Origin: a virus
Taxonomy: Duplodnaviria; Heunggongvirae; Uroviricota; Caudoviricetes
Reading direction: 5' to 3' (one strand)
Length of the DNA stretch: 64,000 bases
IMG/VR virus record: IMGVR_UViG_3300045988_134250
Part shown: in pieces, positions 27,952-37,575 of the stretch
Position numbering within the stretch: the stretch's first letter is position 1
Layout: every line of letters starts with the position of its first letter
Made by a program: the position numbers and the translations under genes
The notes under the pieces: generated by a model
The model's database searches: none
Told to the model about the DNA's origin: nothing
Seen by the model: the letters and a program-made list of their open reading frames with translations, nothing else

Positions 27952-28446
27952 TTATAACTTTTCGTACTGAAGCGGTGAACGCTTAATTTCAAAGTGGCCT
28001 TCCGATGTGCTACCAAAGCCACCAGCACCACGCTCCGTTTCGTTGAGTTCCTCAACCTCGACTAGTGAGACTTGTTCAACACGCTCAAAAATTCCTTGCA
28101 TGACAGCCATTCCAGGCTTGAGACAAACGCCTTCCCCGCCGGGATCAGTAATCAGTTTTGCCATGATTTCGCCGCGATAATCGGAGTCGATAATTCCTAC
28201 GCAGTTAGCCAGGCGAGTATGTTTTTTGCAGCCCAATCCTGATCGCGGATAGAGTTTCAGACACCAGCCGGGCGGGATCTCCATAGCCAGTCCGGTATAC
28301 ACCCACCAGCTTGAGGAAATTGCACCATTGCTATCGACGCATGGTTTTATTTCAACAGCCTCAAAATCCATCGCCGCCGATCCGGAGGTGGCATAAGCTG
28401 GAAGTTTTGCTGCCGGATGTAGGCGTTTCACTTTTACGTAAATCAT
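27952..28446 (-). CDS. dut: dUTP diphosphatase
   Basis: 164 aa; RSGLG, GIIDSDYRGE and C-terminal RGAGGFGSTS motifs. Confidence 0.85.
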   Translation of the reverse strand: MIYVKVKRLHPAAKLPAYATSGSAAMDFEAVEIKPCVDSNGAISSSWWVYTGLAMEIPPGWCLKLYPRSGLGCKKHTRLANCVGIIDSDYRGEIMAKLITDPGGEGVCLKPGMAVMQGIFERVEQVSLVEVEELNETERGAGGFGSTSEGHFEIKRSPLQYEKL

Positions 28447-28925
28447 TGTTTTTTAGCTCTCTGCGTGAAGGTGTAAACCCGACGTTTGATATGTGGAACG
28501 GTAGGAACAGGAAGACAGGAACTTTCAATAACTCCTTGCTCATCCAGCGATCGCACCGCCCGCAAGAACTGCGACGTGTCGCCGCCAAACTGGCGGGCAT
28601 AGGTGCTGCCGTTATGAAGTATTTGAGCTATTACCCGAGTTTTTGTCTGGCTGTCACGATATGCGAATAGCCGCACGGCCTCTTCTGGCGCAATCGCTAA
28701 CTGATAGCCTTTCCCGGCACGGTGTCGAATGAATCCATGCGCCAGTAGGTTTTTGAGTTCGTTACGAGTGCGAACAGATCCGTAACCCAGGAAGTGTGGA
28801 TTGATAACGACTGGCTTAAACCATTCCGTAGGTGCTTTAGCTAATAGAGCTAACAGCTTCCCGGATAATTCTGGATAGGAAGACGGGTAACAATTCAGAG
28901 ATGGGTAATAAGTTTTCACCGACAC
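28443..28925 (-). CDS. Hypothetical protein, possible winged-helix DNA-binding
   Basis: 160 aa; overlaps the dut start. Confidence 0.4.
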   Translation of the reverse strand: MSVKTYYPSLNCYPSSYPELSGKLLALLAKAPTEWFKPVVINPHFLGYGSVRTRNELKNLLAHGFIRHRAGKGYQLAIAPEEAVRLFAYRDSQTKTRVIAQILHNGSTYARQFGGDTSQFLRAVRSLDEQGVIESSCLPVPTVPHIKRRVYTFTQRAKKQ

Positions 28926-29260
28926 CCCCTTGCAGGATATCGACCGGCATTAGTATCCGGTGCAATAAAGCCGGTAGTGGGGCGAGTGAAAGCGAGATTA
29001 ATCTTCTCGACCATAGTGCGATAATTTTCCTGATAGTGGGCCAGGAGTTTTTCGGCGGCAATGATGGTTACTTTCCGGACGTAGCTTTCTGCTTCCTCCA
29101 GATTTCGCCAGTTTTTTTCGAGGGTAAACACAGGGACGGCCTCAAGCCCGGTCATGATGCCGAACACAACGACAGCATGACTGTTCTTAACACCAGCGGC
29201 GAAGGTTACGGTGTAACCATCCACCTTGAAGCGTCTTGATTCCGTGATTTGACTCTGCAA
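28916..29260 (-). CDS. Hypothetical protein downstream of dre
   Basis: 114 aa; GTGTTAGAAA site about 60 nt upstream. Confidence 0.4.
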   Translation of the reverse strand: MQSQITESRRFKVDGYTVTFAAGVKNSHAVVVFGIMTGLEAVPVFTLEKNWRNLEEAESYVRKVTIIAAEKLLAHYQENYRTMVEKINLAFTRPTTGFIAPDTNAGRYPARGCR

Positions 29261-29333
29261 AGCACCCTCCTAAATAGGCGAGGGTACTTTACAGCAAAGG
29301 CGTTAATCTAAAAAGATGTGTTAGAAATTTAAT

Positions 29334-30362
29334 TTACGAATCCATCAGGCGGCTATTAGCCCCCACAGACACGCCGCCACGGCGAAGATACCGCATAAGT
29401 GTTTCCGGTTTCTTCCAGGTTCCTTCCTGCATGATCTCCACCATAGACACCTGCTTTTCAGCCATATCAATAGCGGCCCCGACGCGTGCACTATGCCCGG
29501 TCCACGTCCGGTATCTTCCTTTGTTTGGCGTAGCATCTCTTTTATTCAGCAACACCCAGGCGTCGCTGAATATTTTCTCCATTGCAGGTGCAGTAAGGGG
29601 CGTTGTCGTGATCCTGGCCTTATTGCTACGGTGTATCGGCGGGAACAGCACTGCGTCAGGATGTTCGCGAAGCCCGGAAACATCCAGCCAGTCATTCAGC
29701 ACAGCGGTAGTGCGACGGGAAAGCACCTTATCAAGCCCGGCGGCGGTCGTTATTGTCTTCGTGTGTGAAATATGTAGCGTGACAGTGTCACCTGTTTGAT
29801 CCAGATCTCCTACACGAATACGCGAGATTTCCGACATACGCATCAGCGTATTGTATGCAACAAAGAGAAAAGCCCGGTTGCGCAGGTCCACCAGCCGTTC
29901 TGACCTGGACAACAGGACGTCGAGCAGTTTCAGATCGTCCCACCGAAGCGGTATAGCCTGGCCTGTTCGTTCGCCTTTTTCAGTTGCCGCTTCGCGCCGG
30001 ATGCGCCGCATAGCCAGAGAAACACTTTTATCATCCGAAAGTGGCGGAAGGCCACAATGCGAAAGCAGCATATTCAGCATGGCGTAGTGCTTATCAATGG
30101 TGGTCGAAGCCAGATCGGCATCATGCAGCTGAAGAAAATACTCGCGGGCCATTTCTGGTGAGATCGGAAACCAGGCAAGCTGGCGAGCGTGACACCAGCG
30201 CGCCCATGAATGAAACACCAACCGGAGGTCGCGCAGAGTATTCGGCGCATAAGCCCCCTGGTCATTCATGAACCGCATAAAGTTTTCTGCGGCCTCCTGG
30301 TACTCTTTGCCAATGTTGCGCAGAAAACCACCGGAGCTGCCAGAGATAATTAATTCACTCAT
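29334..30362 (-). CDS. dre: Tyrosine site-specific recombinase, Cre family (Dre-type)
   Basis: 342 aa; aligns along its length with recalled Cre (NLAFL.IAYNTLLR, WSGHSARVGAA.DMA); rox-type 32 bp site lies about 150 bp upstream. Confidence 0.85.
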   Translation of the reverse strand: MSELIISGSSGGFLRNIGKEYQEAAENFMRFMNDQGAYAPNTLRDLRLVFHSWARWCHARQLAWFPISPEMAREYFLQLHDADLASTTIDKHYAMLNMLLSHCGLPPLSDDKSVSLAMRRIRREAATEKGERTGQAIPLRWDDLKLLDVLLSRSERLVDLRNRAFLFVAYNTLMRMSEISRIRVGDLDQTGDTVTLHISHTKTITTAAGLDKVLSRRTTAVLNDWLDVSGLREHPDAVLFPPIHRSNKARITTTPLTAPAMEKIFSDAWVLLNKRDATPNKGRYRTWTGHSARVGAAIDMAEKQVSMVEIMQEGTWKKPETLMRYLRRGGVSVGANSRLMDS

Positions 30363-30514
30363 GAAACTATTTAACCTCTATATACAGATAACGCTACGCG
30401 AAAAATATAAAAATGACAGGGTAGCTATAAGTTAATTTTCAAGATTCAAGCCTTTGATTCGAGGCGCGTATTTTCAGTGATGTCAATACTGATCATCTAC
30501 CCATAATTATAGCC

Positions 30515-30546
30515 TAACTTTAAATAATGCCAATTATTTAAAGTTA
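30515..30546. other. rox-type recombination site (lox-like inverted repeat)
   Basis: TAACTTTAAATAATGCCAATTATTTAAAGTTA: perfect inverted arms around a GCCA core, matching the recalled Dre target rox. Confidence 0.8.
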
Positions 30547-30756
30547 TAAAATGGCGATTTTTTTTAATCCATCACAGATTGATTCTGACCAGTAACACGT
30601 TGCCTTCATGGTCTTTAATTTGCGAAGCGTGGTTTATACAGTTGGTTTTCTAAATTTGATGACAAAAAATCACAGTTCGATCCTTTACTCACTCTGTTAT
30701 TCGACATAAATTTGTCATAGTAATTTTATGTTAGAAAACTAAATCGAGTAGGAATA

Positions 30757-31794
30757 ATGAGTAAGAAGTCGATCGAGAAAGAGTACAAACGGTTCCTGCA
30801 AACCGCTGAACGGTGGAAAGAGCTGGTGGTCGCAAACTCTGTTTTCCATGATACCAGTTATGCTGGCGAGGAATTCCGCCATGTTGCATTAACGCATGAC
30901 CAAAACATATTAGAAGAAGCTGAAAAATGTCTTGCTGAATGGAAAGCCTTCGTTGACATGTGCCGCGATGCCGACGGCAAAGCGTCGAACATTGTTGAGT
31001 CTGTATATTCTCCGATCCCATTCATCATTGAGGACACCAATCAAAGCACGCATGTTGTTGTGCAAAGCGCTACAACAACACGTACATTTACACGTGAACA
31101 ATTGCTCAAAAAATACGACAAAATCATAAAGAAAAGCCTGAAAAATAGGGTTTTTTCTCAAATCGTAGGTGCTCTTGAAGAAGAACAGCGCTTCTTTGAA
31201 GCTGAGCCTGAAGGCGAGATCTACCGGGCGCGTAAAGAGGCATATACAGATGTTGTGCTGACAACAAACATCGAAGGCAGCAATGCCCTTTCTCGCTTTA
31301 GAGTTGGCGCACATGGCGCATTGGTTTTCGCAAGACTACCGAAGACAACGATCCCCGTTGTCAATAATGTTGGTGAGCGCCGGAGCATTACAATTTATTC
31401 TGGCGTCGAATCGGTACCTTGCAGCCTTCTCGGCGATTTTAACTTATATCGTGTTCGTGACCTGGAAAAACACCAGCCAAGCTACGTTGCGAAGTCGTAC
31501 ATCTTAAGGAACATCGATATTCGCAATGAAAGCCTTAAGCAGAAATCCGCTAAGATGCTGGAGGATGCCGATCCGGCTATTCGCCATATCATTGAGCGTA
31601 AGATACGTACATCACGTGAAGCAATGGCAAGGCTGGATAAAATGGATCTGGAATTGTTAGACGTAATGATGGCCTCTGGAGACGACCTGACCGGCATAAA
31701 ACTGAATGAAGCTCGTAAAAAATACGGCAAAGCAATCGAAGAACGTTACGGATACACATTCCCCCAAACGCAGTACGCCGCGAAGCTCTGGTAA
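30757..31794 (+). CDS. Hypothetical protein divergent from dre, in the position c1 occupies in P1; candidate regulator
   Basis: 345 aa; TGTTAGAAAA site about 20 nt upstream of its start; no similarity to recalled P1 C1. Confidence 0.45.
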   Translation: MSKKSIEKEYKRFLQTAERWKELVVANSVFHDTSYAGEEFRHVALTHDQNILEEAEKCLAEWKAFVDMCRDADGKASNIVESVYSPIPFIIEDTNQSTHVVVQSATTTRTFTREQLLKKYDKIIKKSLKNRVFSQIVGALEEEQRFFEAEPEGEIYRARKEAYTDVVLTTNIEGSNALSRFRVGAHGALVFARLPKTTIPVVNNVGERRSITIYSGVESVPCSLLGDFNLYRVRDLEKHQPSYVAKSYILRNIDIRNESLKQKSAKMLEDADPAIRHIIERKIRTSREAMARLDKMDLELLDVMMASGDDLTGIKLNEARKKYGKAIEERYGYTFPQTQYAAKLW

Positions 31795-31821
31795 TCACAA
31801 CCGGCCCCGCATCGCGGGGCT

Positions 31822-33330
31822 TTATATATCCAGATCCGGCATTTCGATATCCGCCAGAACCTGATCTCGGAAAGTTGCCATTTCGGCACCAATATCTTCA
31901 TTAGCAGGCACATAGTCCACCAGCATAGTGAAGCAGTAGGTATCCCATCGGTCAGGCGATTTGATGTTTAGCTTTTGCCGCATGTGCTCTTTGCGCATCA
32001 TCGCCATTTTCCCTTCTTCATTCAGTAAAAAGGGGATTTTTGACGCTTGCTCTGCCGTTTTAGGGTCACTGTCTATCCGCATACGCCCTGACTTTATGGC
32101 ATCTCGCGCCATAATATTTGCGTAGGCACGCTGATTAACAAATCGCTCCCTGTCTTTGTTCGCAAACATGGGTTTTCCCCACCGAATACGTACCGGGTTC
32201 GCACCACGACGCACCAACTGCGCACACGTATCAGAACCAAAACCATCAGCATCAACCGCGATTGTTATATTCGGGTATTTTTCCGGCGTACATTCGTTAT
32301 ATATGAAGTCAGCAAAGGCCAATGGGTCCATAGTGCCAGGCATCTCCATTACCTTAAAGTTAACAACGCGCCGCTTATCCCTGTGACCTGATACCTTGCA
32401 GATGTTGAGGACCGACTTATCTCGCCCATTACCAACGTCAGCCGTTGCCACCCATCCCCAGTTTTTCTCCAACAACACCTTGCGGCGAGCAGAGCGATCG
32501 CATTCATCACGACCAAGCAAATAGCCGTTAATTTCTCGTGGGAACTGACCAAGCACCTTGACCATGTACTCAATAGAATCGCGCCCACCATATTCCAGAA
32601 GCTTCTCCTTGATGAATTGTGGTGTGACGAACGGTGATTCTTCCGAGTTAAGAACAATTGCTGTCCAGATCCCTTTCGGGTTGTCTGGGGTTTTTGCTCG
32701 AGAATGGTGCGAATCGTAGAAATAACCACTTGGCCTTGTTGGCTGGGATAGCATCAACATCCGGTTATCTTCTTCAGTAAGAGCACCGGTCATTACGCCG
32801 ATCGCCTTATCAGATATACCAGATGCTTCATCCAGAATTAGAAGCAAATGTGCCGCGTGTTCCCCCGCCAGCGCTTCTTCGTTGCCGAGTCGATAACCTT
32901 TGCAGAGAACTTCCCAAATCCCCTTACGGGAGCGCTCATAAAACATGGTGTCAGAGAGGACAAAATAGGTCTGCAACCACCCATGACGCTTAACTGCATT
33001 CGCCCAATACTGTTTAACGTATTTGAATACGCCTGTTTTTACCTGGCCTATCTTGTTAGCAACAATGATGACACGGGCATCGGGGAACAGGATCATAAAA
33101 ATCAACAGCAACATCGCGGTAAGGGACGACTTCCCCGTTCCGTGTCCGGACGTGACGGTCGTCCTACTCCCCGTTTCCTGCACTGACTGAATGATCTGCT
33201 GCTGCTGGTGGGAGGGGAACATCCCAAAAATATCGACTACAGCCTGGGTAAAGTTGTAGCGGTATTTGATTACCATATCGCGCCAGCGTGGATCGCTGGT
33301 GACGCATTTAATCTTGCGCCCGCCAGCCAT
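31822..33330 (-). CDS. pacB: Terminase large subunit (PacB-type)
   Basis: 502 aa; Walker A TSGHGTGKSS, Walker B LLILDEASG, C-terminal nuclease-like region VATADVG...IAVDADGFG; start overlaps the pacA-like stop. Confidence 0.75.
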   Translation of the reverse strand: MAGGRKIKCVTSDPRWRDMVIKYRYNFTQAVVDIFGMFPSHQQQQIIQSVQETGSRTTVTSGHGTGKSSLTAMLLLIFMILFPDARVIIVANKIGQVKTGVFKYVKQYWANAVKRHGWLQTYFVLSDTMFYERSRKGIWEVLCKGYRLGNEEALAGEHAAHLLLILDEASGISDKAIGVMTGALTEEDNRMLMLSQPTRPSGYFYDSHHSRAKTPDNPKGIWTAIVLNSEESPFVTPQFIKEKLLEYGGRDSIEYMVKVLGQFPREINGYLLGRDECDRSARRKVLLEKNWGWVATADVGNGRDKSVLNICKVSGHRDKRRVVNFKVMEMPGTMDPLAFADFIYNECTPEKYPNITIAVDADGFGSDTCAQLVRRGANPVRIRWGKPMFANKDRERFVNQRAYANIMARDAIKSGRMRIDSDPKTAEQASKIPFLLNEEGKMAMMRKEHMRQKLNIKSPDRWDTYCFTMLVDYVPANEDIGAEMATFRDQVLADIEMPDLDI

Positions 33331-34694
33331 TAATCATCCTCCGGCGGTTCTATCGCGATATCATCATCTCCGGCGTCATACCCTGCATCAGATGCATCAT
33401 AATCACCGTAAATTTCAGCCGTTGCCGAAGGGTCAATATCCAGCTCTTCGTCGTTGGCCTCGAATTCTCCAGCTTTACGCTCGCCATTGCGGTCGTAATC
33501 TCCGCACCCCAATTCTTCAACAATGGTTGCCACATCCGCCCGGCGCTCTGCCAGCCATTGCGGATGGTTAGCCTGAAGCGTTGCAAACTCCCTTGCCTCT
33601 TTGTCCAGCTGTTCATCATCAACATCATTGACGTCAGAAACAGGTGGTTCGAGAAGAGTGATAGCTTTCGCCGCGCGCGCCGCGAGGATAGCCGGGACGC
33701 TGACACCCTGGCGCTCGATGTATTCAGCAACACCGATATCATCCAGTTCCTCGCGCTCACGCATACGTATAGCGGCGGCGATAACTCTGGCTGCGCGTGC
33801 GTCAGCGCCAATGCGATATTCAATCTCTTTGCCACGCTGTTCGGCCTGTAGGCGTGCTAATTCGAGTTTTTCTCTGGCCTCAGCCTCTTTGAATGCTTGC
33901 TGGCGAGCGCTCTGACGAAGCTTTTCATCCCCCTGTCGCAGCTTTTGTTCGGACTGATATATAGCTGCCAACCTACTGATAAAATCATTCATGTAGTAGG
34001 CCGCGTCACTGATTAGACCGAGAAGGCGCTGCCCAGGGTGCATTCCTTCTGGCTCTTTATCGCCCAAGGCGTCTATTTCCGCCTGTAGACGTTCGGCCTC
34101 CTGATCAACAATGCTTTGATACTGAAGTGCGCGCTCTTGCGCCATTTGAATTGCTAACCGCAGGTGTTCTTCTGCGCCGTTCTTCATCATATCGCGAGCC
34201 ACATTCGTAGTTGGCAATGTGGCACGCTGCACAGCACCGTCAGGGATCATTGCAGAAGATCCCTCAATTTTTGGGGCGTTTTTATCTTCTTCGGGGATCA
34301 TTTTCGCCATTTTTTCGCGCAATGATCTCCTGACAGATTCTTTTATCTCATTGTTATTATTTGAATTATTTTCATGATCCGAAGTTTTCTTTCTCGGCAT
34401 ACTTCGGAAAGAACCTGCGCCCTGCGAATTGTCAATTTCTGTAAATTTTGTTTTTTCTGCACCCTCTTCCAGCTTTTTTGTTGCTCTTCCCGCCCGTTTT
34501 TTTTCAGGTGATTTGGTGCTTTTTTTTGTTGTCTTTACCTGCGACCGCACCTCATTTTTTTTCATATTGAGATGCTTTCTGGCTGTATTGAAGCTAAGGC
34601 CATGCTCCTCACAGTATTCCTTTACAGTGATCCCTTTTTCTTCACGCAACGCTATAAAGCGGGCGCGGTGCTCCTCCCAATTAACCAGACTCAT
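33330..34694 (-). CDS. pacA: Terminase small subunit-like protein (PacA-type), with Asn-rich low-complexity insert and acidic tail
   Basis: 454 aa, coupled upstream of the large subunit; N-terminal HTH-like region; NNSNNNNEIKE segment; C-terminal DASDAGYDAGDDDIAIEPPEDD. Confidence 0.6.
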   Translation of the reverse strand: MSLVNWEEHRARFIALREEKGITVKEYCEEHGLSFNTARKHLNMKKNEVRSQVKTTKKSTKSPEKKRAGRATKKLEEGAEKTKFTEIDNSQGAGSFRSMPRKKTSDHENNSNNNNEIKESVRRSLREKMAKMIPEEDKNAPKIEGSSAMIPDGAVQRATLPTTNVARDMMKNGAEEHLRLAIQMAQERALQYQSIVDQEAERLQAEIDALGDKEPEGMHPGQRLLGLISDAAYYMNDFISRLAAIYQSEQKLRQGDEKLRQSARQQAFKEAEAREKLELARLQAEQRGKEIEYRIGADARAARVIAAAIRMREREELDDIGVAEYIERQGVSVPAILAARAAKAITLLEPPVSDVNDVDDEQLDKEAREFATLQANHPQWLAERRADVATIVEELGCGDYDRNGERKAGEFEANDEELDIDPSATAEIYGDYDASDAGYDAGDDDIAIEPPEDD

Positions 34695-35083
34695 AAAGCA
34701 ACACCACGCTTTTTAACGGCGGCATTCCACAGCTTATTCGCCATGTCCACCAGCTCTCGTTGCTCTTTTCGCGCCTGTTCGACTGATTTCCTGCTACAGT
34801 TTTTAACCAGTAAACTGCCATATTCAGGGGTTCGCCCACGCACCTTGAACTGATATCCGTTCAGGCCATGCAACCAGTATTTTCGTGGGTAAACACGATC
34901 ATCAAGCTCACAGATTGCCCTGCTTGAACGAACAAAATGACGAATGATGTTAGTTACACTTACTCGTGAAACATGGAGATGAGGGTATTTTTCTTTGGCG
35001 AGAGTGGTAATTTCAGTGACTGTCAGATAGCAGTCAGCCCTGATCATGATATCCGCAATTTCTGCGCTGCTGATTTGTTCCAT
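34691..35083 (-). CDS. Small HTH protein immediately upstream of pacA (position of lpa in P1)
   Basis: 130 aa; LTVTEITTLAKEKYPHLHVSRVSVTNIIRHF. Confidence 0.4.
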   Translation of the reverse strand: MEQISSAEIADIMIRADCYLTVTEITTLAKEKYPHLHVSRVSVTNIIRHFVRSSRAICELDDRVYPRKYWLHGLNGYQFKVRGRTPEYGSLLVKNCSRKSVEQARKEQRELVDMANKLWNAAVKKRGVAL

Positions 35084-35191
35084 TAATCCCCCGGGCAGGA
35101 AATGACCGAGGGGATGATAATGAGAATGTTAAAACTGTATAGACTGGTAAAAAGATGAATATGTTAGAAAATTAATACTAAATATCTAATG

Positions 35192-35584
35192 CTACCAGCG
35201 AGACAAACGAACAACATGTTTCACTTTTGCGATCCACTGTCCGCGATAACTATTGATTACGGCCTGTGCCAGCTTCAAATTGGCTTCAAAATCAGCCTTA
35301 CTACCATCAGACTCCACCAGCATTCCTCCATCTATTTCTGGTAAACATAGATAATCCTGCTCAACCTGCAGCGGCATTGATGGCTCTCTGAATGGGGTTA
35401 CTTGCTCTGCTTTCCAGCGAAATCTAACCCTTATCCCCCTGGTGGTCATTACTAGATAGCCTGTTATAGTGCTTTTATGGCCCACATCAGTACGCGTGGC
35501 ATTGCATGACTCGATCTTACAGTTAGCGATAGACCACTCCATATTGGTGGCCTGTTGAGTGCTTAATTTGGTAGTCCCGTACAT
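35192..35584 (-). CDS. Hypothetical protein
   Basis: 130 aa ORF. Confidence 0.4.
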   Translation of the reverse strand: MYGTTKLSTQQATNMEWSIANCKIESCNATRTDVGHKSTITGYLVMTTRGIRVRFRWKAEQVTPFREPSMPLQVEQDYLCLPEIDGGMLVESDGSKADFEANLKLAQAVINSYRGQWIAKVKHVVRLSRW

Positions 35585-36159
35585 CAGAAAGCCTCCCAGT
35601 CAGTCGCGATAATATCCACACCAGTTGCAAACCAGTCTGTCTGCGCCTGTAAATCCCCATTCATCATTACCAGGCGAGGCATCACCATCACATCGCACCC
35701 TTCCACAATATCGAATGCCTCTTCCGGCAAGAATTCGAAGAGCTTTTCTTTGCTGCCAATACTGCCACGGAACATCGATATATAGCTCCCTTTGGGCCAT
35801 GATGTCCGCCGGGCATCAAGCCCTTTCATCATCCAGTAAAAAGCCGAGGAAAAAGGGATATTCTTTTTGCCAATGATTACATTATTCGCTTCTGTGTATT
35901 TCAGGAACTTAACTAACCTTACCATTGACTCGGATAACGCAACGTATGGCTCATGATTGATTGCTGACACGCTTACACCGTGCAATCCAACGCTTACCAC
36001 TGTCATATCGCCGCTCTGTGCGGTTTCGATATTGACGCCTTTGCGAACTAATGAGGCGTAAATTTCCTCTCGCTTTTGGGTCCAGCGTTCACGCTTCCCT
36101 ATGAAGTCACTCAAAATGAGATCTTCTTCTGTATATGCGTTATCGTTCGCCATTAACAT
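35584..36159 (-). CDS. Hypothetical protein with C-terminal W-rich DUF2829-like domain
   Basis: 191 aa; FYWMMKGLDARRTSWPKGSYISMF ... DIIATDWEAF. Confidence 0.45.
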   Translation of the reverse strand: MLMANDNAYTEEDLILSDFIGKRERWTQKREEIYASLVRKGVNIETAQSGDMTVVSVGLHGVSVSAINHEPYVALSESMVRLVKFLKYTEANNVIIGKKNIPFSSAFYWMMKGLDARRTSWPKGSYISMFRGSIGSKEKLFEFLPEEAFDIVEGCDVMVMPRLVMMNGDLQAQTDWFATGVDIIATDWEAF

Positions 36160-36602
36160 AACGTTTCCTTTTTTACACGCGCGACTATCCCCCGGAAGTA
36201 CCGGTAGTGATGTCGTAACTTCGTATTAATTAAGGGGTACAGCCTGAGCGGCTATATGATGAATTGAAAGGAGTTGTGGCGGTGGTGCCTCCACCTGCCA
36301 GGTTAGCCACTCCTGGCGACGTCACTTATCAGAACGTAGTGAATGAAAATGGCTTCGTCACGAGCGCATAGCCGCAATTACCACAACGGAAACGGCGCTC
36401 ACGCTAATTAAACGCCTTTTCCTGTTGTGCGCCGTGCTCTTCCGGCTGTCACACCGAATCGCCAGGATGGTGAATCCGCAGTCCGACGCTATGAACGGGG
36501 CTTGCACATTCCGGCTACCTGGTGTGCCCATGCAGTGTTAGTAAAAGGTACCTAACAGCTACACCAGACCGCTAACGACGCATGTGCCATACGCCGTGTT
36601 AC

Positions 36603-36678
36603 AACCAAATGTGGTGGCCCCTACCGGACTTGAACCGGTGACCGTGCGATTATGAGTCGCCCGCTCTAACCACTGAGC
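36603..36678 (-). tRNA. tRNA-Ile2-type (anticodon CAU; ileX-like)
   Basis: GGCCCTTTAGCTCAGTGGTTAGAGCGGGCGACTCATAATCGC...GGTTCAAGTCCGGTAGGGGCCACCA; near-identical to recalled E. coli ileX; encoded CCA. Confidence 0.8.
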
Positions 36679-37116
36679 TAAAGGGCCAGATTACTGTTAA
36701 TTACGCTTACGCTTTTTGCCAGAACCGCGTAAGGCTTTTGCCGCTTGCTCTACCCCGTATGCAACCACCAGCAGAAACAATAATGTCCACTCCGGGTTTT
36801 TATCGGCAAACGCCCAAAAATCCATCACTTGCAGCCACCTTTTAAGACAAAACGCCATTGCTGTTAGGTTGCGGTGCCGGGCGCCTCCCGGTGACGTTAA
36901 CCAGTTAACAATTAACGCCGGATCACTTATGGATTCTCGTTACGCCAGTAAAAAGACCACCTTTACTGTTTTAACTGTTCCGCGTGCGCTTAGCCGCATT
37001 CACCGCAATGGTAAGAGCATTTGGCTGACTGGGCGGCGATGACGCCTGTACGCATTTGGTGATCCGGTTCTGCTTCCGGCATTCGCTTAATTAGCCAAAT
37101 ACCCTTAATGTTGCAC

Positions 37117-37203
37117 TGGCGGAGAGTAATGGAATCGAACCATCATCGCTTGCGCAATGGGACGGTTTTCAAGACCGCTTGAGCACCATGCTCCCTACTC
37201 TCC
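37117..37203 (-). tRNA. tRNA-Ser (anticodon UGA), type II with long variable arm; atypical D-arm
   Basis: 7-bp acceptor GGAGAGT/ACTCTCC, anticodon stem-loop CGGTCTTGAAAACCG as in E. coli serT, T-arm GATGG-TTCGATT-CCATT, discriminator G, CCA. Confidence 0.6.
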
Positions 37204-37338
37204 CGTTATTGTGGCGACCGGTGCTGATCTCCGGCTTGCGGTTATTTCAGACTCTCACGGGCGTTTAATTGCCCCGCCGAACAGCTCTTTTCCGCAATAG
37301 CTGCAATGTCTTTCGCGCATCAGCCTGCGCATTCACCA

Positions 37339-37428
37339 CAATGTTGAGAACACTGGTTGTCACGCTGCAACGCAACATTTATTCGTAGATTGGGATATGA
37401 CCCCGTTACGCCAGTGTTCTCAACGTTG
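37339..37428 (-). repeat. Long hairpin element (18-bp stem, one mismatch) next to a degenerate tRNA 3'-end remnant
   Basis: caatgttgagaacactgg ... ccagtgttctcaacgttg; followed by gtgccggtta, which resembles the tRNA-Thr 3' end. Confidence 0.5.
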
Positions 37429-37575
37429 TAGTGCCGGTTACGGTTCCGGCCAGACCTCTTCCTCAACGGGGTGTTCTCCATACGGACTACCGTTTATTGG
37501 TCGTTCCTGCGGTTTATGTTGTGAAGCCAGATGCTTATCTTCTGGTTGCTTCAAAGAGCTGCACTTCATCACAAC

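Noticed and set aside
30757-31794. Calling the 345-aa gene between rox and pacB the C1 immunity repressor
   Set aside because: It occupies the c1 position and carries the operator motif in its promoter, but is longer than P1 C1 and shows no similarity to the C1 sequence as I recall it; left as a hypothetical candidate regulator.
34280-34640. A P1-type pac site (clustered TGATCA/G hexamers with GATC) in the 5' part of the pacA-like gene
   Set aside because: Only scattered GATC-containing hexamers (around 34323, 34375, 34628) were seen, not the dense tandem array expected; not enough to call a pac site.
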